A stretch of 64,000 nt of DNA from Amphiscolops sp. MND2022. Taxonomy: Eukaryota. Positions 26,501 through 38,700 of this stretch are shown piece by piece; position 1 is the stretch's first letter, and each line of letters opens with the position of its first letter. The notes under the pieces were generated by a model. It searched no databases and had not been told where the DNA came from. It saw nothing but the letters and a program-made list of their open reading frames with translations. Where the stretch lies: NCBI GenBank assembly GCA_964187785.1, contig OZ076409.1, forward strand, positions 54,500,001 through 54,564,000, written 5' to 3'. The position numbers and the translations under genes were made by a program.

Positions 26501-27983
26501 CTGGAAGCAAATGTTGAAAATGCATATATTTTCAATAGTGACAAGCTCGAGCAATATTTTATACTACCAAATTTATCTCATCATTCAGCCAGTTTTTTCA
26601 TTCAGTGGAATATCATTAATTTTTATTGACAATCAACTTTTTCTTCCACCACTTTAAACAAAACAATGATTGGGTAATAATGAAGATCATTTGTATCAAA
26701 TTTGCCTCAAGTTGCATTGGGACATCGAGCTTCAAATAAATAAATTATACTTATTCGCCTCATAATGCTTGAACCAGCCAAAATGGCATAAATTGGCGTT
26801 TTGAAACATTTTCAAAATCTCAACGCCAAAAAATTGAAAGAATTCCTCTGAAATATTCCACTGAAAACGTGAAAAAGCGGAAACCCCATTTCTGAAATGA
26901 ATAATTTTCGAAAAAAAGTTCCGCAGTGCCGAAAAACCGCATACAGTAATAGCTTTGTACTGTATGTAAAAATTTAAAAAACGACAGAAAGCCACTGAAA
27001 TAGTCATAAACGCCGACTATAAATCACAGCTTTAAAACCGGTTCATTAAAGATGAGGCAAATTAACAACTGCGAGATTTTGCCTGACATCTGGTGTAATT
27101 AAGCTACCAGGCTCCTTAGCTTCATAATTTTTGCCATAAATAAATTCGAAAGACTGTCACCCAGAAAAGTCAGTCATCATATACCAATCGTAAGCGTAAA
27201 CATGTTCACGTTGTCGAAAATTAGAAAGCAAAGAAACTTTGGTCCAGTACTGAAAGTTGCAATTTACAAAACAAAATGCCAAAATAGATGTTGACCTTCG
27301 GTGTCTGCTTCACCTTTTAATTGAATGTTTACCTGAAAGTGGTGTTTCGAAAACTTGGTTAAGTCAACAACTACGAGGCCAAATGCATTAGTATACATTT
27401 CAAAGTTCGAAGTTTAAGATTACATTGATGAGTATCTAGCAACAAATAAGTATTCCCTCAAAACAATAACTACATTCTTGGCTGTTTAAACTCTCAAATG
27501 CTAAAACGGTCACAGACAACGCCGATAGCACAAATTACTACTCCTAAAAATCTACTTGCTTTTGAGCTTTTCGAATTACTGGACTTGGAAGAAATTTTTT
27601 GTATGTTTTTAAAACGTTCGTACTTGGCTTCAGTGCAATTGTTTCGTTTTTACATATTGCTCGATGAAAACCAGAGCTTCAACATCTCAGCATCTGCACA
27701 AGAAGTGGTCGACTTACTATTATAGTCTTCATTTTAGCTAATTCGAGAGAAATCAGACTTTACTGTAGCTAGGAAATCAGCATAAAACGCATACAAATTC
27801 GAAATGGGAGACTTCTTAAACTTCTATTACACCTTCGTCAAAAGTTTCAGAAGGTAAAATCCTTTAATCTTTTGTAATCTTTAATAACAGACAAATTGAG
27901 AGCAATTAATTATTAAACCTCAACAACAGATTCGCTTATTTCACGGGGACAAAAATCACTTAAATTGACGTTGTTTGGCTGAA

Positions 27984-28236
27984 ATGTACCATTCAATTAT
28001 CATTTTTAGCGAAAGAAGCCATGGTCACAACGACTTCGAAATCTTCAAAGTGCGATCCCATGCCGCTTTTTTCATCATCGGGATCTTATCTATATTTGGA
28101 AACATGACAGTCGTCGTCGCAAACTGTTTATGGCTGCCCGAAAAAACTGGAAGTCGGCGCTTGGTTCTAGGAATTGCTATGTCAGAAATTATTGCGACAT
28201 CTTGTTACCTGTGGGGTTTCATCATTACAGAACAGG
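27984..28236 (+). CDS. GPR157: GPR157-like 7TM receptor, TM1-TM2 exon (start at ATG 27984, or spliced in at acceptor 28009)
   Basis: LSIFGNMTVVVANCLW...SRRLVLGIAMSEIIATSCYLWG resembles GPR157 TM1/TM2. Donor G|GTTGGC at 28237. Confidence 0.75.
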
Positions 28237-28324
28237 GTTGGCATTGTCTCAATTGAATTTAATTTCATATATAATAGGCTGGAAATAAACTACAAGAACT
28301 TGCCAATCCTGTATTGTAATACAG

Positions 28325-28558
28325 ACACAATTTACCACCAGTTCAATAACACTTGTGAGCCTTTGGTTGCCTTCGAACCGACCCAACCATGTGTGATTCA
28401 AGCTTTCGTTATGAACATTTTCGCTCTCTCTAGTTTCATGCACCATGCATTCCTCAGCTGTCTAATAGTCTCGGTCATTTACAAATGCTCATTAGAGAAG
28501 ATCAACCTTATCATCAGACTTTCGAAGGTCTTTCCATGGATCATCGCTATATTTTTCC
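28325..28558 (+). CDS. GPR157: GPR157-like exon, TM3-TM4
   Basis: Acceptor gtaatacAG (88-nt intron, phase 1); PCVIQAFVMNIFALSSF...FPWIIAIFF; donor C|GTAAGT. Confidence 0.8.
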
Positions 28559-29371
28559 GTAAGTTTTCCTTTTCCGTAATAACTTCCAACAAGACCCAAA
28601 AGACAAAACAAATTGTCTTGGCGGCTTTTAGGAAAGTTTTCAAAGATTGAATTTTATCAAAAAATACCAATTAAGGATTCTTCGGCCTCCGAAAGGGCTT
28701 TTGTCTACTGGGATTCTAACCCACATACGAATTACGCATACTAAACACTAGGCCAAAAGGCGGAACTCTTTTATAGCTCTGTGGTCTGGAGAAAAAGAAC
28801 TAGTTAGTCTTCTTGATAATCGAGCATATTTTCTCATTAAATGCATCGGCTAAAAATATGCACCTTGTTTTGCTGCGTTTAGCTATAAAACGTGTTCATC
28901 ACGTCTTGCGCTTGTCACTGGCCCCCTAAAGCTTCAGTGGTGCTTTTTGGGAAAAAGAATTGTGGCTCAGAAAATCTTATTTTCCATCAACTGCTAATTC
29001 TCTGAACTTAATAAGCTCTTTTGTCAACAAAATACCAGCACAGTAGAATAATAGTCTTTCACGTGTACTGGCGTTGGTTGGAAAACTCAGTACTTGAGAA
29101 CAGTTTTTTGAAATCCGGATTTAACTTTTCCAGAACTCTGTCATTATGTTTGTCAGGTAATTCCGATACCAGATAGACTCCGGCACGGTTGTGATAATTC
29201 GATGAATGCTGAGAAATAGCTAAAAGTTCCGACCAATTAAACACTACAAAATTCAGTCGTCACTTTCGCAGTCGACACTTATTCGGAAACATGTGGACTT
29301 AAGTTTTTACAATTACAAGCGATCTAATTCACTGCTGCCGACAAAACTAAACGTTCGCGTTTTATGTGCAC

Positions 29372-29521
29372 CACGGATCTTATGAACGACAGGCGCCACT
29401 ATACACTTATGAAGCATATCCCCTTCAGTTGGACCTCCTGAAGAACAGGCCCCACAAGTTGCACCTCCTGGAGCTTTGGCCTCCAAGCATGCTTGAAGGG
29501 CCTGTCGTTCATAAGACTGTG
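29372..29521. mobile_element. Small MITE-like inverted-repeat element in a GPCR intron
   Basis: tcttatgaacgacaggc and gcctgtcgttcataaga form a 17-bp perfect inverted repeat. Confidence 0.55.
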
Positions 29522-29592
29522 TACTACTTGTGCAGAATTATCACATCAGGATAGTACGTAGACAATCACCGTTGAGCAGTTTTTGTTTTCAG

Positions 29593-29700
29593 CACTTGTG
29601 GCATCTTTGCATGGCGTCTTTGGGTTTTCGCCCTGCTCTACAGCTGGATGGTGCTGGCTCGGCAATGTTCAACACCAACAGTTTTGGGTTCTAATTAGCG
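29593..29700 (+). CDS. GPR157: GPR157-like exon, extracellular loop 2
   Basis: ttttgttttcAG; PLVASLHGVFGFSPCSTAGWCWLGNVQHQQFWVLISG (GWCW motif); phase 1/1. Confidence 0.85.
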
Positions 29701-29770
29701 GTAATCACGAAGACATTCATGTAAATAAAATTGGTAAATCTTTATATGGAATAGCTTGATAATTCTTCAG

Positions 29771-30061
29771 GTCGTTTTTGGGAGATATCAACACAAATAA
29801 TTATATATTGCTGTTACGGGGCAGCAATTAGTGAAATAATTTTCAAGAAAAAGAGGTTACTTCATCGCAAAACAAGACAGTGGAAATTCTCCTTCGTCAA
29901 AAAACGGGACCCTTCTGAGTACGAAGAATTAGAGGGCAGTGTCAACGAGGAAGAAGTGAGAAGTTTCGTTCACAAGCTTCTTCTTCTCCCTCTTTGCTTC
30001 TCACTCTGCTACTTACCCGGCTTTATTCGATATGAAGTTATGCTGCTGTCATTCGCTGAAG
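29771..30061 (+). CDS. GPR157: GPR157-like exon, TM5-TM6
   Basis: 70-nt GT-AG intron; GRFWEISTQIIIYCCY...HKLLLLPLCFSLCYLPGFIR, cf. GKLWE...KKLVLIPLIF. The 3' boundary is uncertain. Confidence 0.8.
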
Positions 30062-30459
30062 GTCAGTTCCATCTATTGATGCATTGAGTAAAATTTACAG
30101 CGCAAGAAGTCATTTATATATATGCTCAGGATGTATTTTCAAGAGAAATTTTGATAAATATCACAATAAGGAAAAACCTGCAGACTAATTGACATCAAAA
30201 TAATGGTAAACTGAATAGAAAATAGACTATACTTGCTCAGTGAACACGAAAAACTAGACGAAGGATCAGTTAATTCGGTAAAGAAAAAACTCCGCACTGT
30301 ATTGGAAATACTAGGGCAAAAACTACAACTATTTCAATACTTGTTTATGACACATTTTGTTTGTATGGAAATGGTAAACCCACAGGCAAAACTAGGAACT
30401 CAGAAACTGCAGGGATTTATACTTGGGCTCAAACCTCTAAATACTGTACTACACTTGCA

Positions 30460-31163
30460 AACAAGACGAGAACGTCTAAAGTCGGCGCTATATCTAAGGC
30501 TCAAAAAGCCGCAAAACTTTTGAAACTTGAAATTTTCGAAATATTTTTCTTTCGGAAAATGTCACACAGTGCCGAAAAATATGAAAGGGGAACCCTTTGG
30601 GATTTATTAACATACATTCAGTTGCAAAATATCAAAAAACTCGAAGGGGGACCCTTTGGGGACATTAAAAAATTTTCGAAAAGTCGCACAGTGCCGAAAA
30701 AATCCAAAGGGGGGACCCTAGAGGCACGTCCGGTTTTGTAGGTTTCCTTGAAAAAGTAAAAAAGGGGGACCCTTTGCACTCATACGGTTTTGTAGGCTAC
30801 GTTTAAAATATAAAAAAACAAAGGGGGGACTCTTTGGAGACAATTTTTTTCGAAAAGTCGCACAGTGCCAAAAAAATCCAAAGGGGGACCCTTTAGTTCC
30901 GTCCAGTTTTGTAGGTTACGTTTAAAAAGTAAAAAACCAAAGGGGGACTTTTTGGAATAACTTAGATGCGTTTACCGGGTATTCATTTAGTTTCTTTAGT
31001 TGAACATTAACGTTCGTCGCTTCGAGTCTGTCTTTAAAAAGAAAAAAAACGAGTGACTGCAATAGTCGGGCTCTTTTGTTAATAAAAGCACCGACTAATA
31101 AAAAAAGAAAAACGAGTGACTTTAATAGTCGGTCTCTTTTATCAATAAAAGCGCCGATTAAAA
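30460..31163 (-). mobile_element. HINE family B, diverged variant with a duplicated terminal hairpin
   Basis: aacaagacgagaacgtc-aaagtcggcgc at the left; two tagtcgg...ccga(c/t)ta ends at ~31063-31098 and ~31125-31160. Confidence 0.6.
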
Positions 31164-32769
31164 ACAGGCCCTTTGTTTAGTTCATCAATAGTAATATCAT
31201 TTGCAACGGGGGAGACTGACCCTTTGGATGTAATTTAGATTTCCTCGGCGACGATTGAAATGCGCTAAAAAATCAACAGAAAGAACGAAAGGGAATCGAA
31301 AAAAAATCGGACAATAGTTTGTCGGTTCAAGTAATAATAATAACAAGACGAGCGCTGAGCACCGGGATATTTCCCGCTTCAACTGGGCCATAGCTATTTT
31401 AGTAATCGTATTTCTCTTGAATACAGGCCGCAGCTTGTAAGTTTTTTCCATAGTGATTTCGCGGCCTATATTCGAAGAAGAACTGTAAGCTTTGGTTTTT
31501 CGGATGAATCAGGGGCGACCTCTATTCGAAGAAATACGGTACTTGACTATTTTGGCGACTTCTATTCGAAGAAATACGGTACTTGACTATTTTAGATACT
31601 AGTAACTATTACTTGACTGTTTTAGTTAGTAGTAAAATAGTCAATAGGATGGAGATCGTAACGATCACCACGATGGAGATTTGACAGAATTTTGGGAAAA
31701 ACGCAACACATTATGATTTTCCTCCCCCATTATATGTGGGCGAAAAACAATAGAGTATCAAAAACAATTTTACACATTGTTAAGTATTTGCGTTTTCGGT
31801 CTTTATTGGTCTTATTCGCGTTGAGCCTGTCTACCGCTCAATCACAAAGTTAAAAAATATTGACACTTTGTCCCAAACATACATGTGCAAATTAATACCC
31901 AGATTAACCTCGTTGGTGAAGACAGCGATTTTTTTCACAATCAATAAAAAATAACGAAACGCAAAAAACATATAGGAAAACGAAAGTTTGTCTTCTTATC
32001 AACAATCTATTGGACTATCTGGAGCGAGTTATTTGTCATAATAGTTTGTTTTTCGAACCACCGGCAAAAAAAGTAACAGGAAAAGTGAAACTTGCAAAAA
32101 ATCCTTTTCAGAAAAATAGGCCCCTCCGGGGCACACGATTATTTCTGCTTTTATACCCTTTCAGAAGCGAAAAAACGATAGCCAGAAAAACTATTTCCAA
32201 GACAAAAGAGAAGTCAGCAAAAGTAAAAAATAATGACGGAGCAAGCTAGCTAATTTCAAGAACAATTGATTAAAACAATATTGCAGTAATTCCATACCAC
32301 GTAGAGAAATTGTACAATTTACATGTGATACCGCCATATAGTCAGTGTAGAGGTATTTAAATCGAAGAGGGAAGAAAAGTGAAGATTGGAATCGAATCAA
32401 ATCAGTACTTGTGCAAGAGATTTTGAGTGTCTACTGGAGTCTATGGTTAACCTCAACCCGATTCTTGAAGAGTAGAGCTGTAACGGTCTACCTGCTTCAA
32501 GAGAGGTCAACCAATACTAAGAACCCAGTAGACACTCGTACTGTGCAGGCTGGGTTAGGCCCGTCTTACCCAGTACATTGTGTCTACATCATGGGAGTAG
32601 TGAAATTACCAAATAGCAAATCAGAGGAAGACAAAATTTGCACAAGGAACCGAAAGAATAAAGACAAAGACAAACTATTCACCAAAATGCCGCAAATAAG
32701 CGATATTTTTTCAATCGAACATAGCAGGTCCCTTAAAAAATTACTCGAAACGAATACCTTTGGAGAGTT

Positions 32770-35700
32770 AGACATTTAAAAAACTAAAATGCTGGATATA
32801 TTCACCAATTTTTCAGAACTTATCCCCCATGGAAGTACACTAAAGTAAGCCATTTTGAGTTAAAAACAAATAAAAACTAAAATGCTGGACATAATCAATT
32901 ATTTTTCAAACCGACAGAACTTATCCCCTATGGAAGTATACTGAAGTAAGCCATTTTGAGTTGAAGACATTTGAAAAGCTAAAATGCTTGACAATCAACA
33001 ATTTTTAAAACCGAGAGAAGTTATCCCCTATGGAAGTACACTAAAGTAAGCGATTTTGAAAGTTAAAGACATTTGAAAAGTTAAAATGCTGGAAATAATC
33101 AACAATTTTTCAAACCGAGAGAACTTATTCCCTATGGAAGTACACTAAAGTAAGCCATTTTGAGAGAAGACATTTGAAAAGTTAAATTGCTGGACATAAT
33201 CAACAATTTTTCAAACCGACAGAACTTATCCCCTATGTAAGTACACTAAAATAAGCCATTTTGAGAGTTAAAGACATTTGAAAAGTTAAAATGCTGGAAA
33301 TAATCAACAAATTTTCAAACCGAGAGGACTTATTCCCTATGGAAGTACACTAAAGTAAGCAATTTTGAGAGTAGAAGACATTTGAAAAGTTAAATTGCTG
33401 GACATAATCAACAATTTTTCAAACCGACAGAACTTATCCCCTATGGAAGTATACTGAAGTAAGCCATTTTGAGAGTTAAAGACTTTTGAAAAGTTAAAAT
33501 GCTAGAAATCACCAACAATCTTTCAAACCAAGAGAATTTATCCCCTATGGAATAACACTAAAGTATGCCATTTTGAGAGTAAAAGACATTTGAAAAGTTA
33601 AAATGCTGGAAATAATCAACAATTTTTCAAACCGAGAGGACTTATCACCTATGGAATTACACTAAAGTGAGTCATTTTGATTTAAGACAAATAAAAACCT
33701 AAAATGCTTGACATAATCAACAATTTTCTAACCGACAGAACTTATTCCATATAGAAGTACACTAAAGTAAGCCATTTTGAGTTAAAGACAAATAAAAAAC
33801 TAAAATGCTGGACCTAATCAACAATTTTTCAAACCGACAGAACTTATCCCCTATGGAAGTTTACTGAAGTAAGCCATTTTGAGAGTTAAAGACTTTTGAT
33901 AGGTTAAAATGCTAGAAATAATCAACAATTTTTCAAACCGAGAGAATTCATCCCCTATGGAAGTACGCTAAAGTAAGCCATTTTGAGAGTTAAAGACAAT
34001 TGAAAAGTTAAAATGCTGGAAATATTCAACAATTTTTAGAAACGACAGAACTTATCACCTATGGAATTACACTAAAGTGAGTCATTTTGAGAGTTGAAAA
34101 TAAAAAAACCAAAATGCTGGACATAATCACCAATTTTTCAAACCGACAGAACTTATCCCCTTTGGAAGTACACTAAAGTAAGCCATTTTAAGAGTTAAAG
34201 ACAAGTGAAAAGTTAAAATGATGGAAATATTCAACAATTTTTAGAAACGACAGAACTTATCACCTATGGAAGTACACTAAAGTGAGTCATTTTGAGTTAG
34301 AGAAAAATAAAAAACCAAAATGCTGGACATAATCAACAAATTTTCAAACCGACAGAACTTATCCCCTATGGAAGTATACTGAAGTAAGCCATTTTGAGAG
34401 TTAAAGACATTTGAAAAGCTAAAATGCAGGAAATAATCAACAATTTTTCAAACCGAGAGAACTTATCCCCTATGGAAGTACACTAAAGTAAGCCATTTTG
34501 AGAGTTAGAGACAAATAAAAACCTGAAATGGTTGACATTCAACAATTTTTCAAACCGAGAGAACATATCCCCTATGGAAGTACACTAAAGAAAGCCATTT
34601 TGAGAGTTAAAGACAATTGAAAAGTTAAAATGCTGGAAATATTCAACAATTTTTAGAAACGACAGAACTTATCACCTTTGGAAGTACACTAAAGTGAGTC
34701 ATTTTGAGTTAAAGAAAAATAAAAAACCAAAATGCTGGACATAATCAACAATTTTTCAAACCAACAGAACTTATCCCCTATTGAAGTACACTAAAGTAAG
34801 CCATTTGAGAGTTAAAGACAATTGAAAAGTTAAAATGCTGGAAATATTCAACAATTTTTAGAAACGACAGAACTTATCATTTTTGGAATTACACTAAAGT
34901 GAGTCATTTTGAGTTAAAGAAAAATAAAAAACCAAAATGCTGAACATAATCAACAATTTTTCAAACCGACAGAACCCATCCCCTATGGAAGTACACTAAA
35001 GTAAGCCATTTTGAGAGTAAAAGACATTTGAAAAGTTAAAATGCTGGAAATAATCAACAATTTTTCAAACCGAGAGGACTTATCACCTATGGAATTACAC
35101 TAAAGTGAGTCATTTTGATTTAAGACAAATAAAAACCTAAAATGCTTGACATAATCAACAATTTTCTAACCGACAGAACTTATTCCATATAGAAGTACAC
35201 TAAAGTAAGCCATTTTGAGTTAAAGACAAATAAAAAACTAAAATGCTGGACCTAATCAACAATTTTTCAAACCGACAGAACTTATCCCCTATGGAAGTTT
35301 ACTGAAGTAAGCCATTTTGAGAGTTAAAGACTTTTGATAGGTTAAAATGCTAGAAATAATCAACAATTTTTCAAACCGAGAGAATTCATCCCCTATGGAA
35401 GTACGCTAAAGTAAGCCATTTTGAGAGTTAAAGACAATTGAAAAGTTAAAATGCTGGAAATATTCAACAATTTTTAGAAACGACAGAACTTATCACCTAT
35501 GGAATTACACTAAAGTGAGTCATTTTGAGAGTTGAAAATAAAAAAACCAAAATGCTGGACATAATCACCAATTTTTCAAACCGACAGAACTTATCCCCTT
35601 TGGAAGTACACTAAAGTAAGCCATTTTAAGAGTTAAAGACAAGTGAAAAGTTAAAATGATGGAAATATTCAACAATTTTTAGAAACGACAGAACTTATCA

Positions 35701-38700
35701 CCTATGGAAGTACACTAAAGTGAGTCATTTTGAGTTAGAGAAAAATAAAAAACCAAAATGCTGGACATAATCAACAAATTTTCAAACCGACAGAACTTAT
35801 CCCCTATGGAAGTATACTGAAGTAAGCCATTTTGAGAGTTAAAGACATTTGAAAAGCTAAAATGCAGGAAATAATCAACAATTTTTCAAACCGAGAGAAC
35901 TTATCCCCTATGGAAGTACACTAAAGTAAGCCATTTTGAGAGTTAGAGACAAATAAAAACCTGAAATGGTTGACATTCAACAATTTTTCAAACCGAGAGA
36001 ACATATCCCCTATGGAAGTACACTAAAGAAAGCCATTTTGAGAGTTAAAGACAATTGAAAAGTTAAAATGCTGGAAATATTCAACAATTTTTAGAAACGA
36101 CAGAACTTATCACCTTTGGAAGTACACTAAAGTGAGTCATTTTGAGTTAAAGAAAAATAAAAAACCAAAATGCTGGACATAATCAACAATTTTTCAAACC
36201 AACAGAACTTATCCCCTATTGAAGTACACTAAAGTAAGCCATTTGAGAGTTAAAGACAATTGAAAAGTTAAAATGCTGGAAATATTCAACAATTTTTAGA
36301 AACGACAGAACTTATCATTTTTGGAATTACACTAAAGTGAGTCATTTTGAGTTAAAGAAAAATAAAAAACCAAAATGCTGAACATAATCAACAATTTTTC
36401 AAACCGACAGAACCCATCCCCTATGGAAGTACACTAAAGTAAGCCATTTTGAGAGTTAAAGACAATTGAAAAGTTAAAATGCTGGAAATATTCAACAATT
36501 TTCAGAAACGACAGAACTTATCACCTATGGAAGTTCACTAAAGTGAGTCATTTTGAGAGTTAAAGAAATATAAAAAACCAAAATGCTGGACATAATGAAC
36601 AATTTTTCCAACCGACAGAACTTATCCCCTATGGAAGTACACTAAAGTAAGCCATTTTGAGAGTTAAAGACAATTGAAAAGTTAAAATGCTGGAAATATT
36701 CAACAATTTTCAGAAACGACAGAACTTATCACCTATGGAAGTTCACAAAAGTGAGTCATTTTGAGTTAAAGAAATATAAAAAACCAAAATGCTGGACATA
36801 ATCAACAATTTTTCCAATCGACAGAACTTATCCCCTATGGAAGTATACTGAAGTAAGCCATTTTGAGAGTTAAAGACATTTGAAAAGCTAAAATGCAGGA
36901 AATAATCAACAATTTTTCAAACCGACAGAACTTATTCCATATAGAAGTACACTAAAGTAAGCCATTTTGAGAGTTAAAGACAAATAAAAAACTAAAATGC
37001 TGGACCTAATCAACAATTTTTCAAACCGACAGAACTTATCCTCTATGGAAGTACACTGAAGTAAGCCATTTTGAGTTAAAGACATTTGAAAAGTTAAAAT
37101 GCTGCAAATAATCAACAATTTTTCAAACCGAGAGAACTTATCCCCTATGGAAGTACACTGAAGTAAGCCATTTTGAGAGTTAAAGACATTTGAAAAGCTA
37201 AAATGCAGGAAATAATCAAGAATTTTTCAAACCGAGAGAACTTATCTCCTATGGAAGTACACTAAAGTAAGCCATTTCGAGAGTTAAAGACAAATAAAAA
37301 CCTAAAAAGCTTGACATAATCAACAATTTTTCAAACCGACAGAACTTATCCCCTATGGAAGTTTACTGAAGTAAGCCATTTTGAGAGTTAAAGACTTTTG
37401 ATAGGTTAAAATGCTAGAAATAATCAACAATTTTTCAAACCGAGAGAATTCATCCCCTATGGAAGTACGCTAAAGTAAGCCATTTTGAGAGTTAAAGACA
37501 ATTGAAAAGTTAAAATGCTGGAAATATTCAACAATTTTTAGAAACGACAGAACTTATCACCTTTGGAATTACACTAAAGTGAGTCATTTTGAGTTGAAGA
37601 AAAATAAAAAACCAAAATGCTGAACATAATCAACAATTTTTCAAACCGACAGAACCCATCCCTTATGGAAGTACACTAAAGTAAGCCATTTTGAGAGTTA
37701 AAGACAATTGAAAAGTTAAAATGCTGGAAATATTCAAAAATTTTCAGAAACGACAGAACTTATCACCTATGGAAGTTCACTAAAGTGAGTCATTTTGAGA
37801 GTTAAAGAAATATAAAAAACCAAAATGCTGGACAAAATCAACAATTTTTCCAACCGACAGAACTTATCCCCTATGGAAGTATACTGAAGTAAGCCATTTT
37901 GAGAGTTAAAGACATTTGAAAAGCTAAAATGCAGGAAATAATCAACAATTTTTCAAACCGACAGAACTTATTCCATATAGAAGTACACTAAAGTCAGCCA
38001 TTTTGAGAGTTAAAGACAAATAAAAAACTAAAATGCTGGACCTAATCAACAATTTTTCAAACCGACAGAACTTATCCTCTATGGAAGTACACTGAAGTAA
38101 GCCATTTTGAGTTAAAGACACTTGAAAAGTTAAAATGCTGCAAATAATCAACAACTTTTCAAACCGAGAGAACTTATCCCCTATGGAAGTACACTGAAGT
38201 AAGCCATTTTGAGTTAAAGACAAATAAAAACCTAAAATGCTTGACATAATCAACAATTTTCCAAACCGGCAGAACTTATCCCCTATGGAAGTATACTGAA
38301 GTAAGCCATTCTGAGAGTTGAAGACATTTGAAAAGTTAAAATGCTGCAAATAGTCAACAATTTTTCAAACCGAGAGAACTTATCCCATATGGAAGTACAC
38401 TAAAGTAAGCCATTTTGAGTTAAAGACAAATAAAAACCTAAAATGCTTGACATAATCAACAATTTTCCAAACCGGCAGAACTTATCCCCTATGGAAGTAT
38501 ACTGAACTAAGCCATTTTGAGAGTTAAAAACTAAAATGCTGGAAATAATCAACAATTTTTCAAACCGAGAGAACTTATTCCATATAGAAGTACACTAAAG
38601 TAAAGCATTTTGAGAGTTAAAGACAAATAAAAAACTAAAATGTTGGACATAATCAACAATTTTTCAAACCGACAGAACTTATTCCCTATGGAAGTACACT

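Noticed and set aside
28237..28324. Frameshift making the GPCR a pseudogene
   Set aside because: A canonical 88-nt GT-AG intron restores the frame (EQ|DTIYHQ).
30084..30090. In-frame TGA as selenocysteine in the GPCR
   Set aside because: No SECIS identified, and simpler splice explanations exist.
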